The notes under the pieces: generated by a model | The model's input: only the letters and a program-made list of their open reading frames with translations | The model's database searches: none | Told to the model about the DNA's origin: nothing | Program-made: the position numbers and the translations under genes | DNA from: an uncultured Desulfobacter sp. | Lineage (GTDB): Bacteria > Desulfobacterota > Desulfobacteria > Desulfobacterales > Desulfobacteraceae | NCBI GenBank assembly: GCA_963665095.1 | Contig: OY762069.1 | Span: 4,800,001 to 4,864,000, forward strand | Length of the DNA: 64,000 nucleotides | Direction: 5' to 3' | Shown here: positions 1 through 9,119 of the stretch, in pieces | Layout: each line of letters starts with the position of its first letter | Position numbering within the stretch: the stretch's first letter is position 1

Positions 1-654
1 ACCGGCCACAAAAAATCCAGCAACGCTGAACTTGGCGCCCACAGCCAGAACATAGGAGTCAACATCATAATCTTTACCACCGGTGGTGGTTTCAAACGTA
101 CTGTATCCGCCGGCGACGGCCAGGGAAAAGCTATCCAGGTTAAGGCTGTATTTCGCTTCAATGGCGGGCATAACAACTTCGGTAGATCCACCACCGCCTA
201 CAGTTGTGCTCGGGGCAAGGAATGCAACCTGAAAACCGCCGAAGCTCAAGCGAAGCATCGGTTGACGGCCGGAGTAAACGCCGCCTTGTGCCAGCAGGCC
301 ATTGTCAGCCCCGTAAACCTGGTTGGAGTAAAACATATTCAGCGGTGTGTAGGTCTGGCCAACCAGCAATTTGCCGGCCCCGAAGTTCCATTCGCCGTAA
401 AGCATACGGACATTAACGCCGGTACCGTATTCAAAGCGCCCTGTAAGTTCATCAGATACCTTGACATTTGCACCGATACGGGAGTTGCCCTGGAGGGATT
501 CAGAAAATGTTACATCGCCGCTGGCACCGGAAATGGTATCAACATCTGACCAGAAAGTTGCGATACGCGCACTTCCATAAAAATTCCAATCTGCTGCATA
601 GGCAGAGCCCGCCATTAAAGCAAGTGTTGCAAATACTGCAAAAACTTTTTTCAT
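1..654 (-). CDS. Outer-membrane porin-like beta-barrel protein (3' end runs off window; not in ORF track)
   Basis: Open frame read by hand from ATG at 654 (RBS AAGGAG): MKKVFAVFATLALMAGSAYAADWNFYGSARIATFWSDVD...LYGEWNFGAGKLLVGQTYTP...; signal peptide ending AYA-A, alternating aromatic/Gly beta strands. Confidence 0.8.
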   Translation of the reverse strand, partial: MKKVFAVFATLALMAGSAYAADWNFYGSARIATFWSDVDTISGASGDVTFSESLQGNSRIGANVKVSDELTGRFEYGTGVNVRMLYGEWNFGAGKLLVGQTYTPLNMFYSNQVYGADNGLLAQGGVYSGRQPMLRLSFGGFQVAFLAPSTTVGGGGSTEVVMPAIEAKYSLNLDSFSLAVAGGYSTFETTTGGKDYDVDSYVLAVGAKFSVAGFFVAG

Positions 655-1013
655 CTTTGTCTCCTTTTTAAGATTGGTTTGCGTACCGGATTACCCCAAA
701 ACCTGGCGGAACCAGAATCTGTACTGCTGTTCTTTTATTAATCGTATTAATTATTTTGTATTAACACAATTAATGTCTCCATGAAGCAGTCAAAGCTGCG
801 CCTGTATCAATGCCCCTTGTTACAGGTTAACGGGAACATATTTAAAAGAACTGCAAAAACAGGACTGGAACCGATTAACGTCCTACGATGGAATCACGAT
901 TTTTGTCAACATTTTATTTCATTTGTTGCTGGTTGTGATCGGGTATTTTGGACTAAAACATTAGATATATTTTGTAAAATCAAATAATTATATTAAATGA
1001 ATTAAATTCAGCG

Positions 1014-1031
1014 TGTAAATAATATTTTACA
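1014..1031. promoter_or_regulatory. Palindrome TGTAAA-N6-TTTACA upstream of porin gene, possible regulator site
   Basis: Seen directly; extra half-sites at 973 and 1036, but the region is AT-rich so chance is possible. Confidence 0.3.
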
Positions 1032-1114
1032 AATATTTACATTACCATGTTAAGCATTGTCTTTTTAACCAAGGTTTTCAACATGTCTGGAACGTCGTCA
1101 GGCTATATATGTCG

Positions 1115-2521
1115 TCACTTGGAAACTGCGGCAACCGCGGCGGCCACCTGCTCCTCAGGCAGTGCGATTTCCCGTATATATGCCGGCAAACTGTCATAGA
1201 CTGTTTTGGGCTGGCGGATGCTTCTGTTGCTGTCTATGGCAAGATCGCCTGTCTGTTCCCCCGCGTTAAAAGGGTCCGGCCGGGAAAATATGGGCATCTG
1301 GTCTTTATCGGTAAAGGCAAGAACCAGGGGCCCTTCACTTTCCAGGACGTAAGCCATCTGCCCGTTCTTAAGAAATACAATGCTGCCCGGCGGATAGAGC
1401 CCGACTGTTTTTACAAACGCATGAAGAATATATTGAAGCATGGGGTCTTTGTGTACATAATTTCGAAACAGGCCGGTGACAGCAGTGACCTGGTTGACGG
1501 CATCCTGGTAGCTGCGCTTTGAGACCATGGCATCATAAATATCCATCAGCTTGCAGATTCGGACATAGGGCGGCATCATGCCGCTGTCCAGGCCTGCCGG
1601 ATAGCATCCGGGCTCTCCCTCGTATATTGGGCCGTGGTGATACCGGATCATGTTGCTGAGAATGGGGTTGTCCAAATGGTTTTTTTCAATGAGTGTGAAT
1701 CCAAAATCATTGGCATGCCTGTGCAGCAGTTTGGTCTCCTCTTTGGTCAGGGCAGACGGTTTGTTTAAAAGCTCTTCAGGCACCATGGATTTCCCAAGGT
1801 CATAAATGAACATGCCAAAGCTCATCTCCTCTATCTCTTCGGGATAGTAATAAGAGAACATGCCGGAAGATTTTTTCCCGGACAGGGCGGGTGATGACCA
1901 GAGGGATTTTTCCACGGCATGTGAAAAGGCCCTGTTAAACCGGTGCAGTACCTGGGAACCCAGGGCGCAGACATTGGCGGCATGGGTGTAAAAATAGTCA
2001 TCGTAAAAAAACCACTCCCGTGGTGCGTAGGTAAAGGGGTGGCGCTCCTGTTCGGCAAATGAGGCCAGTTCGGATGCCTGGTCTGATACTTCATCCACAT
2101 CAAACTCGCCTTTTGTCTGCCGGATCTGGTTCACCGCTGTTTTGATGCTGGCCTGGGCTTTGAGGCTGATGGTTTCAGCATATCTGCGAAGTTCCTGAAT
2201 CTCCTTAAGCCGCCGGGTCACATCTCTGGTTTTGGCCGGTACCTGATCCGCAAGGGATTTGGACGAAAGGGTGGGAAGGCCGGAAGACTCAACATTAATT
2301 TTATTTCCTGAGGCATCAAAGACCCCGCCGTTGCTGGCCACCGGTACCTGCCGCAGGCCGTTGTTACGCACGAATTCAAGCGGCTTTGTCTTATCAACCA
2401 TCACATCTCTGGCAAGAAGAAGCGTGCCGTTGCTGTCATACACATCCACCCCGGTCTGTACCCGCCCGCCCTGGCGAACAATATCTATAAGCTTGTCTAT
2501 GGATATTCGTGCTTCAATCAT
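1115..2521 (-). CDS. HD-GYP domain protein with degenerate motifs
   Basis: YDLGKS (for HDIGK), HHGPIYEGEPGCYP (for HHExxDGxGYP), DIYDAM..RSY, and C-terminal GLYPPGSIV extension. Confidence 0.85.
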   Translation of the reverse strand: MIEARISIDKLIDIVRQGGRVQTGVDVYDSNGTLLLARDVMVDKTKPLEFVRNNGLRQVPVASNGGVFDASGNKINVESSGLPTLSSKSLADQVPAKTRDVTRRLKEIQELRRYAETISLKAQASIKTAVNQIRQTKGEFDVDEVSDQASELASFAEQERHPFTYAPREWFFYDDYFYTHAANVCALGSQVLHRFNRAFSHAVEKSLWSSPALSGKKSSGMFSYYYPEEIEEMSFGMFIYDLGKSMVPEELLNKPSALTKEETKLLHRHANDFGFTLIEKNHLDNPILSNMIRYHHGPIYEGEPGCYPAGLDSGMMPPYVRICKLMDIYDAMVSKRSYQDAVNQVTAVTGLFRNYVHKDPMLQYILHAFVKTVGLYPPGSIVFLKNGQMAYVLESEGPLVLAFTDKDQMPIFSRPDPFNAGEQTGDLAIDSNRSIRQPKTVYDSLPAYIREIALPEEQVAAAVAAVSK

Positions 2522-3362
2522 GGGTCATAATCGCCTCAACCTGCCCTGACAGGGCAATAAATTCTTCAACACTCAGGGTTTCGGCCCGCCTGGACGGATC
2601 AATACCTGCCTTTTCCAGGGCAATGCCCGCCTGCTGCTTTTCCAAACCAAGTTCTCCGCCGGATATGGAATTTTGAAGGGTCTTTCTGCGTTTGGAAAAA
2701 GCCGCTTTAATAACCTCGAACAGCAAATCTTCTTTATCCGCGTTCATGCCGGGGGTATCAAAAAAATCAAAGCGCAGCACGGTGGAATCCACTTCCGGCC
2801 TTGGGAAAAAAGCATTCGGGCCGATAACTGTCACCCGGCGGATGCTTGATGCGTACTGCACCACAGCAGATAACCTTGAGAAATCCCTGGTACCGGCAGG
2901 GGCTAAAATTCGTTCTGCAAGTTCCTTTTGGAACATGAGAAATGCTCGGTCCACAACCTGCCGGGCTTTGATCAGTTTAAACAGAATCTGTGATGAAATA
3001 TTATACGGCAGATTTCCAATTACCACCAGGTTTTCCGTGCCGGCAATTTCTTTAATGTCAGTTTTTAATATATCCTGACAAAGAACAGTTACGTTTGAAA
3101 TCTCTTGTTCCGCAAGTTCTCCTTCCAACACAGGGACGATGCGCCGGTCTTTTTCAACTGCCACCACCTGTTTTGCGGCTCTGGCCAGAGGCGTGGTCAA
3201 GGCACCTAACCCCGGTCCGATTTCAAGAACTTTTGTGTTTTTATCAATGCCGGTATTGTCCACAATCATTTGAGCTGTTCCCGGATGGGATAAAAAATTT
3301 TGTCCCATTTCCTTTCCGGCGTAGAGTCCGTTTCTTTTTAATAATTCACCGGGGTGTGTCAT
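2514..3362 (-). CDS. rsmA: 16S rRNA adenine dimethyltransferase
   Basis: GQNFL, VLEIGPGLG, GNLPYNIS, AFSKRRKTL, RRAETLS motifs. Confidence 0.97.
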   Translation of the reverse strand: MTHPGELLKRNGLYAGKEMGQNFLSHPGTAQMIVDNTGIDKNTKVLEIGPGLGALTTPLARAAKQVVAVEKDRRIVPVLEGELAEQEISNVTVLCQDILKTDIKEIAGTENLVVIGNLPYNISSQILFKLIKARQVVDRAFLMFQKELAERILAPAGTRDFSRLSAVVQYASSIRRVTVIGPNAFFPRPEVDSTVLRFDFFDTPGMNADKEDLLFEVIKAAFSKRRKTLQNSISGGELGLEKQQAGIALEKAGIDPSRRAETLSVEEFIALSGQVEAIMTHD

Positions 3363-3843
3363 TTATTCTGTCCTTTTCTTGTTTCAGTATCTGATTTCAG
3401 AAGGCGTATGCGCCAAATGATTTTATCCTAATTCGTTCCTGGCAGGGAGCTGGCAGCGGGCAGGATTCCTCAAGGTTTTATTTCCAAGTAAAGACCAGTA
3501 AACCACAGTTTTTTCTTAAATTCCATTAAATTTAACAGGCCCTTTTGGAATTTTTTTACTATAATTTAGATATAGACTACTTGACTTTATAAAAGTTAAG
3601 AAGTAATTTTTAGAGATTAAGGGAAAAATCAACCAGAAGCGATATCCGGTAAATTAGTTAGAGATCATTGCCAAGCCCGGACTGAACAGGCAACGGTCAG
3701 TCTGACCTTAATCACACCTTATGACAGTTGCACGCGAATTTGAAATGCAAACCGGTAAGGAAAAATCTGCCGGTCTGAACATGGTGGGCTGACGGGGAAG
3801 CCGGCCGGTTTGGGAAAATATCAATATCAAAAGGGGGTAGTGA

Positions 3844-4203
3844 ATGGAACCGACAGAGTTCAGCACCAATTGGGAGAATTTTATTAAAATGCTTCTTCAT
3901 CGACTGGATATACCAACCAAAGAAGACATTGCTAATCTCCACAAGCGGCTTGACAAGCTAGAACAATTGATTTATCAGAATCATCCGTCAAGCAGGCAGA
4001 AAGGCAAAAGCCGGACCCCGAGGAAGAAAAGTGCCTCCTCCATCGTGCTTGGCATTATTGGCAATCATCCGGACGGCACCAATTTTAAAACCATTAAGGC
4101 CGCCACGGGTTTTGATGATAAAAAGCTGCGAAATATTATTTTCAGGCTGGATAAAATAGAAAAAATTAAACGGGTCAGCCGGGGCATCTATAAAAAAATT
4201 TAG
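3844..4203 (+). CDS. Small basic protein: phasin-like coiled segment plus C-terminal winged-HTH-like domain
   Basis: LDIPTKEDIANLHKRLDKLE segment, Lys/Arg-rich linker, IKAATGFDDKKLRNIIFRL...IKRVSRGIY; RBS GGGGG. Confidence 0.65.
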   Translation: MEPTEFSTNWENFIKMLLHRLDIPTKEDIANLHKRLDKLEQLIYQNHPSSRQKGKSRTPRKKSASSIVLGIIGNHPDGTNFKTIKAATGFDDKKLRNIIFRLDKIEKIKRVSRGIYKKI

Positions 4204-4286
4204 CTGCCGAAATAATACTCAGACAGGGTGGCGTGCCTTTTGGCAGTCCCTGAAGATGATATGATTAACCCGTTACAGGAAGATAT

Positions 4287-7271
4287 ATGAATCAAACCAC
4301 ATTTACACCCGGGCAGATCATAAGCGGATACAGGGTTCGCCGGATAGCTGGCCTGCCTGTCATTGACGCGCATCTCATTGAGCTGGTCCATGAGAAAACA
4401 AAGGCCGCTCACATACACATCGCCAATAAAGATAAAGAGAATACCTTTGGGGTGTTCTTCAGAACAGTCCCCACAGACTCCACAGGCGTAGCCCATATTC
4501 TGGAACATACCGTACTGTGCGGATCGGAAAAGTATAAAGTCCGCGATCCGTTCTTCTCCATGCTTAAACGCAGCCTGTCCACCTTTATGAATGCCTTTAC
4601 CGCATCAGACTGGACCATGTACCCGTTTTCCACCCAGAATAAAAAAGATTATTACAATCTGATGGACGTATACCTGGATGCCGCATTTTTTCCGGATATT
4701 GACCTGTTAAGTTTTAAACAGGAAGGACACCGGCTTGAAATTGAAACAGGTGACAACAAAGATCCTGAACTGGTGTATAAAGGGGTGGTTTACAATGAAA
4801 TGAAAGGGGCCATGTCTTCGCCAGGCCAGGTTATGGGCCGGGCCATGCTCAAAGGGCTTTATCCTGATACCACCTATGCCAACAACTCCGGCGGGGAGCC
4901 CTGCGATATCCCTAAACTCACCCATGAAGGCTTAAACGCATTCCACGGGAAATACTACCATCCGTCCAACAGCTATTTCTACACATACGGCGATCTGCCC
5001 CTGGAAGAGACCCTGGCTTTTATTGAAGAGAAGGTTTTGTCCCGGTTCGATTATCTGGAAATGGACACCCGGGTACCCTCCCAGTCCAGGTGGCAAACCC
5101 CGAGAACTATGACCCAGGCCTATTCTTACACAGATACGGACAATATCGCCGCCAAATTTCAAGGGTGTGTGGCCTGGCTGACCCCGGAAATTACAGACCA
5201 CTTTGAGGTGCTGGTCATGTCTGTCCTTGAACAGGTGCTGCTGGGCAATGCCGCCTCTCCTCTGCGAAAAGCGCTGATTGACAGCGGACTGGGCTCCGCC
5301 CTGTGCGATGACACAGGATTTGATGCAGACAACCGGGATACCATGTTTGTCTGTGGTTTGAAGGATATTGAGGAATCTTCGGTTCCCAAAGTTGAGAAAA
5401 TTATATTTGACACCCTTGACACCCTTGCAAGCAAAGGGATTGACAGACACCTGATTGATTCAGCCATCCACCAGATTGAATTCTCCCGCAAGGAGATTAC
5501 CAATACGCCCTATCCTTTTGGCATTAAACTGCTGGTTTCCCTGGCCAGTGTACTGATTCACGAAGGCGACCCCGTCGCTGCCATCAACATTGATGAGGAT
5601 TTGGACAGGTTGAGTAAAGATATCGAGAAAGGCGCGTTTCTTGAGGCAAAGATACGTCACTATTTTCTGGATAATCCCCACCGGCTTTTATTTACCCTGG
5701 CACCGGATCCTGACCTTGAGGCGCTTACGGCGCAGACGGTCAAAGAAGAACTCAAAAAAATATTTGAAAATATGAGTGAGGCAGAAATTGAGCAGATCAA
5801 TGAGGATGCTGCCGCCCTGGAAACCCTCCAGGAAACAGAGGAGGATTTAGACGTCCTGCCCACACTCGAACTTGAGGATGTACCTCCGGACATTGAAATT
5901 ATCCATCCCGATGCCGTTGAGGGCATGCGCTGTGCCACGGCGTTTGACAAGGCCACCTCGGGCATTCTTTACTTTACCTGCCCAACCGGTGCAGGAAATA
6001 TCCCGGCAGATCTGTTTCCCCTGGTGCCGTTTTTTGCGAGGGCATTTACCAATGCAGGCACAAAAAACACCACCTATGTAAAGATGGCCGAGCAGATGGA
6101 CCTTTATACCGGCGGCATTTCCATGTCCCCATTTTCCGGCACCTATTTTGACCGGAACGGTGACGGTCACTCTTTTCTGGCCATGCAGGGAAAAGCCCTG
6201 GATCGCAATATTGATCATCTCTTCGACCTGGTGGATGAATTCATCAATGCCTATGGATTTATAGACCATGACCGCCTTAAAAGCCTGCTCCTGCAATACC
6301 AGGCCGGCCTGGAGGCTTCCATTGTCGCATCCGGCCACAGGTATGCCATCACCCTGTCGGCCCGGCACCTGTCAAAGGCCACCGGTATTAATGAATTATG
6401 GCATGGTATCAGCCAGTACCGTTACCTTAAAGACCTTGCCACCCGCATCAGCGCGCCTGATACCGGCAAAAACGCCCTTGCCCGGCTGGAAACAAATCTT
6501 TCCGAAATGGCAGCCGCCATCATGCGCAAGGACAATTTCCAGCCGGCGGTTATTGGTTCTGCCCCATCCATGATAAAGGCAGACAGACACATAGAAAAGA
6601 TTTATAAACGCCTTCCCAACGGCAGCAGTAAAGCATTCCATACCCCGGACCTGAATATGGACAGCCTGCGGCCTTACGACGGATGGGCCACTACCACCGC
6701 AGTCTCTTTTGTGGGTCAGTCCTTTAAGGCGGTTCGTATCTCCCACGAAGACGCCCCGGCCCTGTCCGTCATTTCAAAGCTTCTGCGGGCATTGTTTCTG
6801 CACCGGGAGATCCGGGAAAAAGGCGGGGCCTACGGCGGATTTGCTCTCTACAATATGGAAGAAGGCACCTTCTCCTTTGCCTCCTACCGGGACCCGCACA
6901 TCAAACGCACCCTGGATGTGTATGCAGATGCCTGCGATTTTATTGTCCAGGGGCGGTTCTCCCAGACCGATGTCAAAGAGGCGATCCTTCAGATCTGTTC
7001 GGATATTGACAAGCCTGAGACACCGGCACCCTCTGCCATGAAGGCGTTTTACCGGCAGATTACAAAACTGTCCGATGATATCCGCAAGGGATTCAAGGAT
7101 GCGTTGCTGGGCCTGGATAAACAAAAGGTGATGGATACGGCGGCACGCTACTTTTTCAAGGATGAAGCAGATAAAGGCATTTCCGTGATATCCTCCCAGA
7201 CCCTTCTGGAGCAGGCCAACCAGGCCCTGGCGGCGGATGGCCGAAAGCCTTTAACTCTCCATAAAATTTAA
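4287..7271 (+). CDS. M16C (presequence protease/insulinase-like) zinc metallopeptidase
   Basis: Inverted zinc motif HILEH, NAFT, GVVYNEMKG, IREKGGAYG, SYRDP; 994 aa. Confidence 0.95.
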   Translation: MNQTTFTPGQIISGYRVRRIAGLPVIDAHLIELVHEKTKAAHIHIANKDKENTFGVFFRTVPTDSTGVAHILEHTVLCGSEKYKVRDPFFSMLKRSLSTFMNAFTASDWTMYPFSTQNKKDYYNLMDVYLDAAFFPDIDLLSFKQEGHRLEIETGDNKDPELVYKGVVYNEMKGAMSSPGQVMGRAMLKGLYPDTTYANNSGGEPCDIPKLTHEGLNAFHGKYYHPSNSYFYTYGDLPLEETLAFIEEKVLSRFDYLEMDTRVPSQSRWQTPRTMTQAYSYTDTDNIAAKFQGCVAWLTPEITDHFEVLVMSVLEQVLLGNAASPLRKALIDSGLGSALCDDTGFDADNRDTMFVCGLKDIEESSVPKVEKIIFDTLDTLASKGIDRHLIDSAIHQIEFSRKEITNTPYPFGIKLLVSLASVLIHEGDPVAAINIDEDLDRLSKDIEKGAFLEAKIRHYFLDNPHRLLFTLAPDPDLEALTAQTVKEELKKIFENMSEAEIEQINEDAAALETLQETEEDLDVLPTLELEDVPPDIEIIHPDAVEGMRCATAFDKATSGILYFTCPTGAGNIPADLFPLVPFFARAFTNAGTKNTTYVKMAEQMDLYTGGISMSPFSGTYFDRNGDGHSFLAMQGKALDRNIDHLFDLVDEFINAYGFIDHDRLKSLLLQYQAGLEASIVASGHRYAITLSARHLSKATGINELWHGISQYRYLKDLATRISAPDTGKNALARLETNLSEMAAAIMRKDNFQPAVIGSAPSMIKADRHIEKIYKRLPNGSSKAFHTPDLNMDSLRPYDGWATTTAVSFVGQSFKAVRISHEDAPALSVISKLLRALFLHREIREKGGAYGGFALYNMEEGTFSFASYRDPHIKRTLDVYADACDFIVQGRFSQTDVKEAILQICSDIDKPETPAPSAMKAFYRQITKLSDDIRKGFKDALLGLDKQKVMDTAARYFFKDEADKGISVISSQTLLEQANQALAADGRKPLTLHKI

Positions 7272-7299
7272 TAAAGGAAGTAAAAAGGCTGTGAGAAAA

Positions 7300-8184
7300 T
7301 TAGTTCTCAAACAGGCTGGATAATTTTTGTTCAGCCTCTTTGCTAAGACGGTTTTCTTTTTTGGCGATATCCAGGGTATGCCGTCCCAGCAGCCGGTATA
7401 ATGCTGAGAACTCAGGGGTTTTTGAATCAATATCCGCCAGGTGCCGGGCCACAATTTCATGATCCCCCCGGGCCACAGGGCCGGTCAGTGCCTGGTCGTA
7501 TCCCCTGGAACCGATGTTGGCAAGGGTTCCCTGGATCAGCGGCGTCAGGATTTCAAATGCCGTATCTTCCCTTAGTCCTGTCTCCATTAGAAGCGTCAGC
7601 GCAAACCGTACCAGGGTTACAAGATAGTTGGAGGCTACCACGGCCGAAGCATGGTACAGGGTTTTGGATTCTGTGGGGATGGCAAAGGCACGGGCACCTA
7701 AGGCTGCGGAGATATTTTTTCCTTGAGCCACGGCATCAGGGTCTCCTTCCACGGAGACGTTGATGCCCTGAAACGGGTTGGCCTGGCCGGGCTCATACGG
7801 GGCAAAGGACTGAAGGGGGTGGATGGAGCCTGCCACAGCGCCCGCGCCTCTGGCTTTGGCCAGAATTCCGGATGACAGCGCCCCGGACAGGTGAAACACC
7901 ATGGTGTCCGGTCCCAGGGCACCCTGTTCGGCCAGATCCGTGCATACCGGCTCAATAGTGGCATCCGGGGTGGTGATGAAAACAATCTCGGCGGCCCTGG
8001 CACATTCTGCTGCTGTGTCAAAGATGCGTCCGCAGCCGGCAGCGGCCATGGCTGCTTTTGCAGAAGCCCTGGTACGGCTGAAAAAACCGGCCGGTTCATA
8101 TCCGTTTTTAAACAGGAATGCGGCCAGGGATGTTCCCACCCGGCCGCAGCCGATCACAGAAAAATTTTTTTTGTTTGTATTCAT
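7300..8184 (-). CDS. Rossmann-fold + DUF2520 oxidoreductase, PanG-type ketopantoate reductase candidate
   Basis: GCGRVG, HLSGA, HPLQSF, YHASAVVASN, LTGPVARGD; immediately downstream of panB; start moved to MNTNKK. Confidence 0.85.
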   Translation of the reverse strand: MNTNKKNFSVIGCGRVGTSLAAFLFKNGYEPAGFFSRTRASAKAAMAAAGCGRIFDTAAECARAAEIVFITTPDATIEPVCTDLAEQGALGPDTMVFHLSGALSSGILAKARGAGAVAGSIHPLQSFAPYEPGQANPFQGINVSVEGDPDAVAQGKNISAALGARAFAIPTESKTLYHASAVVASNYLVTLVRFALTLLMETGLREDTAFEILTPLIQGTLANIGSRGYDQALTGPVARGDHEIVARHLADIDSKTPEFSALYRLLGRHTLDIAKKENRLSKEAEQKLSSLFEN

Positions 8185-8206
8185 GATCCTGTCCGCACGT
8201 ATGCGC

Positions 8207-8998
8207 CTATTTGTACTCATGGTCGGGGGCCGGAAAACTGCCCTCCTGAACTTCTTTGATATATTCTTCAAGCCCCTGGGCCGCCAGGGCCGCGATATCC
8301 ACGTATTTTTTCACAAACTTGGGCAGGAACCGGTCATTGATACCCAGCATGTCGTGAATCACCAGGATCTGACCGTCGCACAAGGGTCCGGCGCCGATGC
8401 CGATGGTGGGTATAGATAAGCTTTTTGTGATTTTTTCTGCAATGGGGGAGGGAATGCCTTCCAGAACAACAGAAAATGCCCCGGCAGCCTCAACATCTTT
8501 TGCATCTTTAAGCAGGCGCTCTTCATCCCGCTGCACCTTGAATCCACCCATTTGGTGCACGGACTGAGGTGTCAGGCCGATATGGGCCTGGACAGGAATC
8601 CCGGCCTTTGCCATGGCAGAGATGGCAGGACAGACATCAGCGCCGCCTTCAAGCTTGACAGCCGTGGCCTCTGCCTCCTTTAAAAAACGGCCGGCATTTT
8701 CCACTGCGGTATGAAGACTGCCCTGGTAGGACATGAAAGGCATGTCTCCGACCACAAGGGCCCTTGTGCAGGCCCGGGTTACAAGCCGGGTGTGGTAAAT
8801 CATTTCATCCATGGTCACAGGCAGGGTGGTGTCCCGGCCCTGGACCACCATGCCAAGGGAGTCTCCCACCAGGATAATATCGATGCCGGCCTTGTCTACC
8901 ATGGCGGCAAAGGGATAGTCATAGGCAGTAAGTGCAGTGATTTTTTTGCCTTCCTGTTTCATTTTCATCAGGCTGGATGTGGTAACTTTTGTACTCAT
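8207..8998 (-). CDS. panB: 3-methyl-2-oxobutanoate hydroxymethyltransferase
   Basis: [47 protein letters not shown]. Confidence 0.97.
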   Translation of the reverse strand: MSTKVTTSSLMKMKQEGKKITALTAYDYPFAAMVDKAGIDIILVGDSLGMVVQGRDTTLPVTMDEMIYHTRLVTRACTRALVVGDMPFMSYQGSLHTAVENAGRFLKEAEATAVKLEGGADVCPAISAMAKAGIPVQAHIGLTPQSVHQMGGFKVQRDEERLLKDAKDVEAAGAFSVVLEGIPSPIAEKITKSLSIPTIGIGAGPLCDGQILVIHDMLGINDRFLPKFVKKYVDIAALAAQGLEEYIKEVQEGSFPAPDHEYK

Positions 8999-9119
8999 AT
9001 GTGCCTCCTTATCAATAATCCTATTTTACGATGAAGGATATACACCGAAAAATTGATTTTTATCTCCTTCATGGTTTTAAAATGAACTCAAGTTACTTTT
9101 GTGACGTCAGGCCTCTGGG

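Noticed and set aside
204..987. Plus-strand ORFs at the window start and the many antisense or alternate-frame ORFs across the window
   Set aside because: Shadows of well-supported genes (here the minus-strand porin) or intergenic chance ORFs without motifs.
4287..7271. M16C peptidase as leader protease for the Nif11-like peptide
   Set aside because: About 47 kb away in housekeeping context; nothing in the sequence links them.
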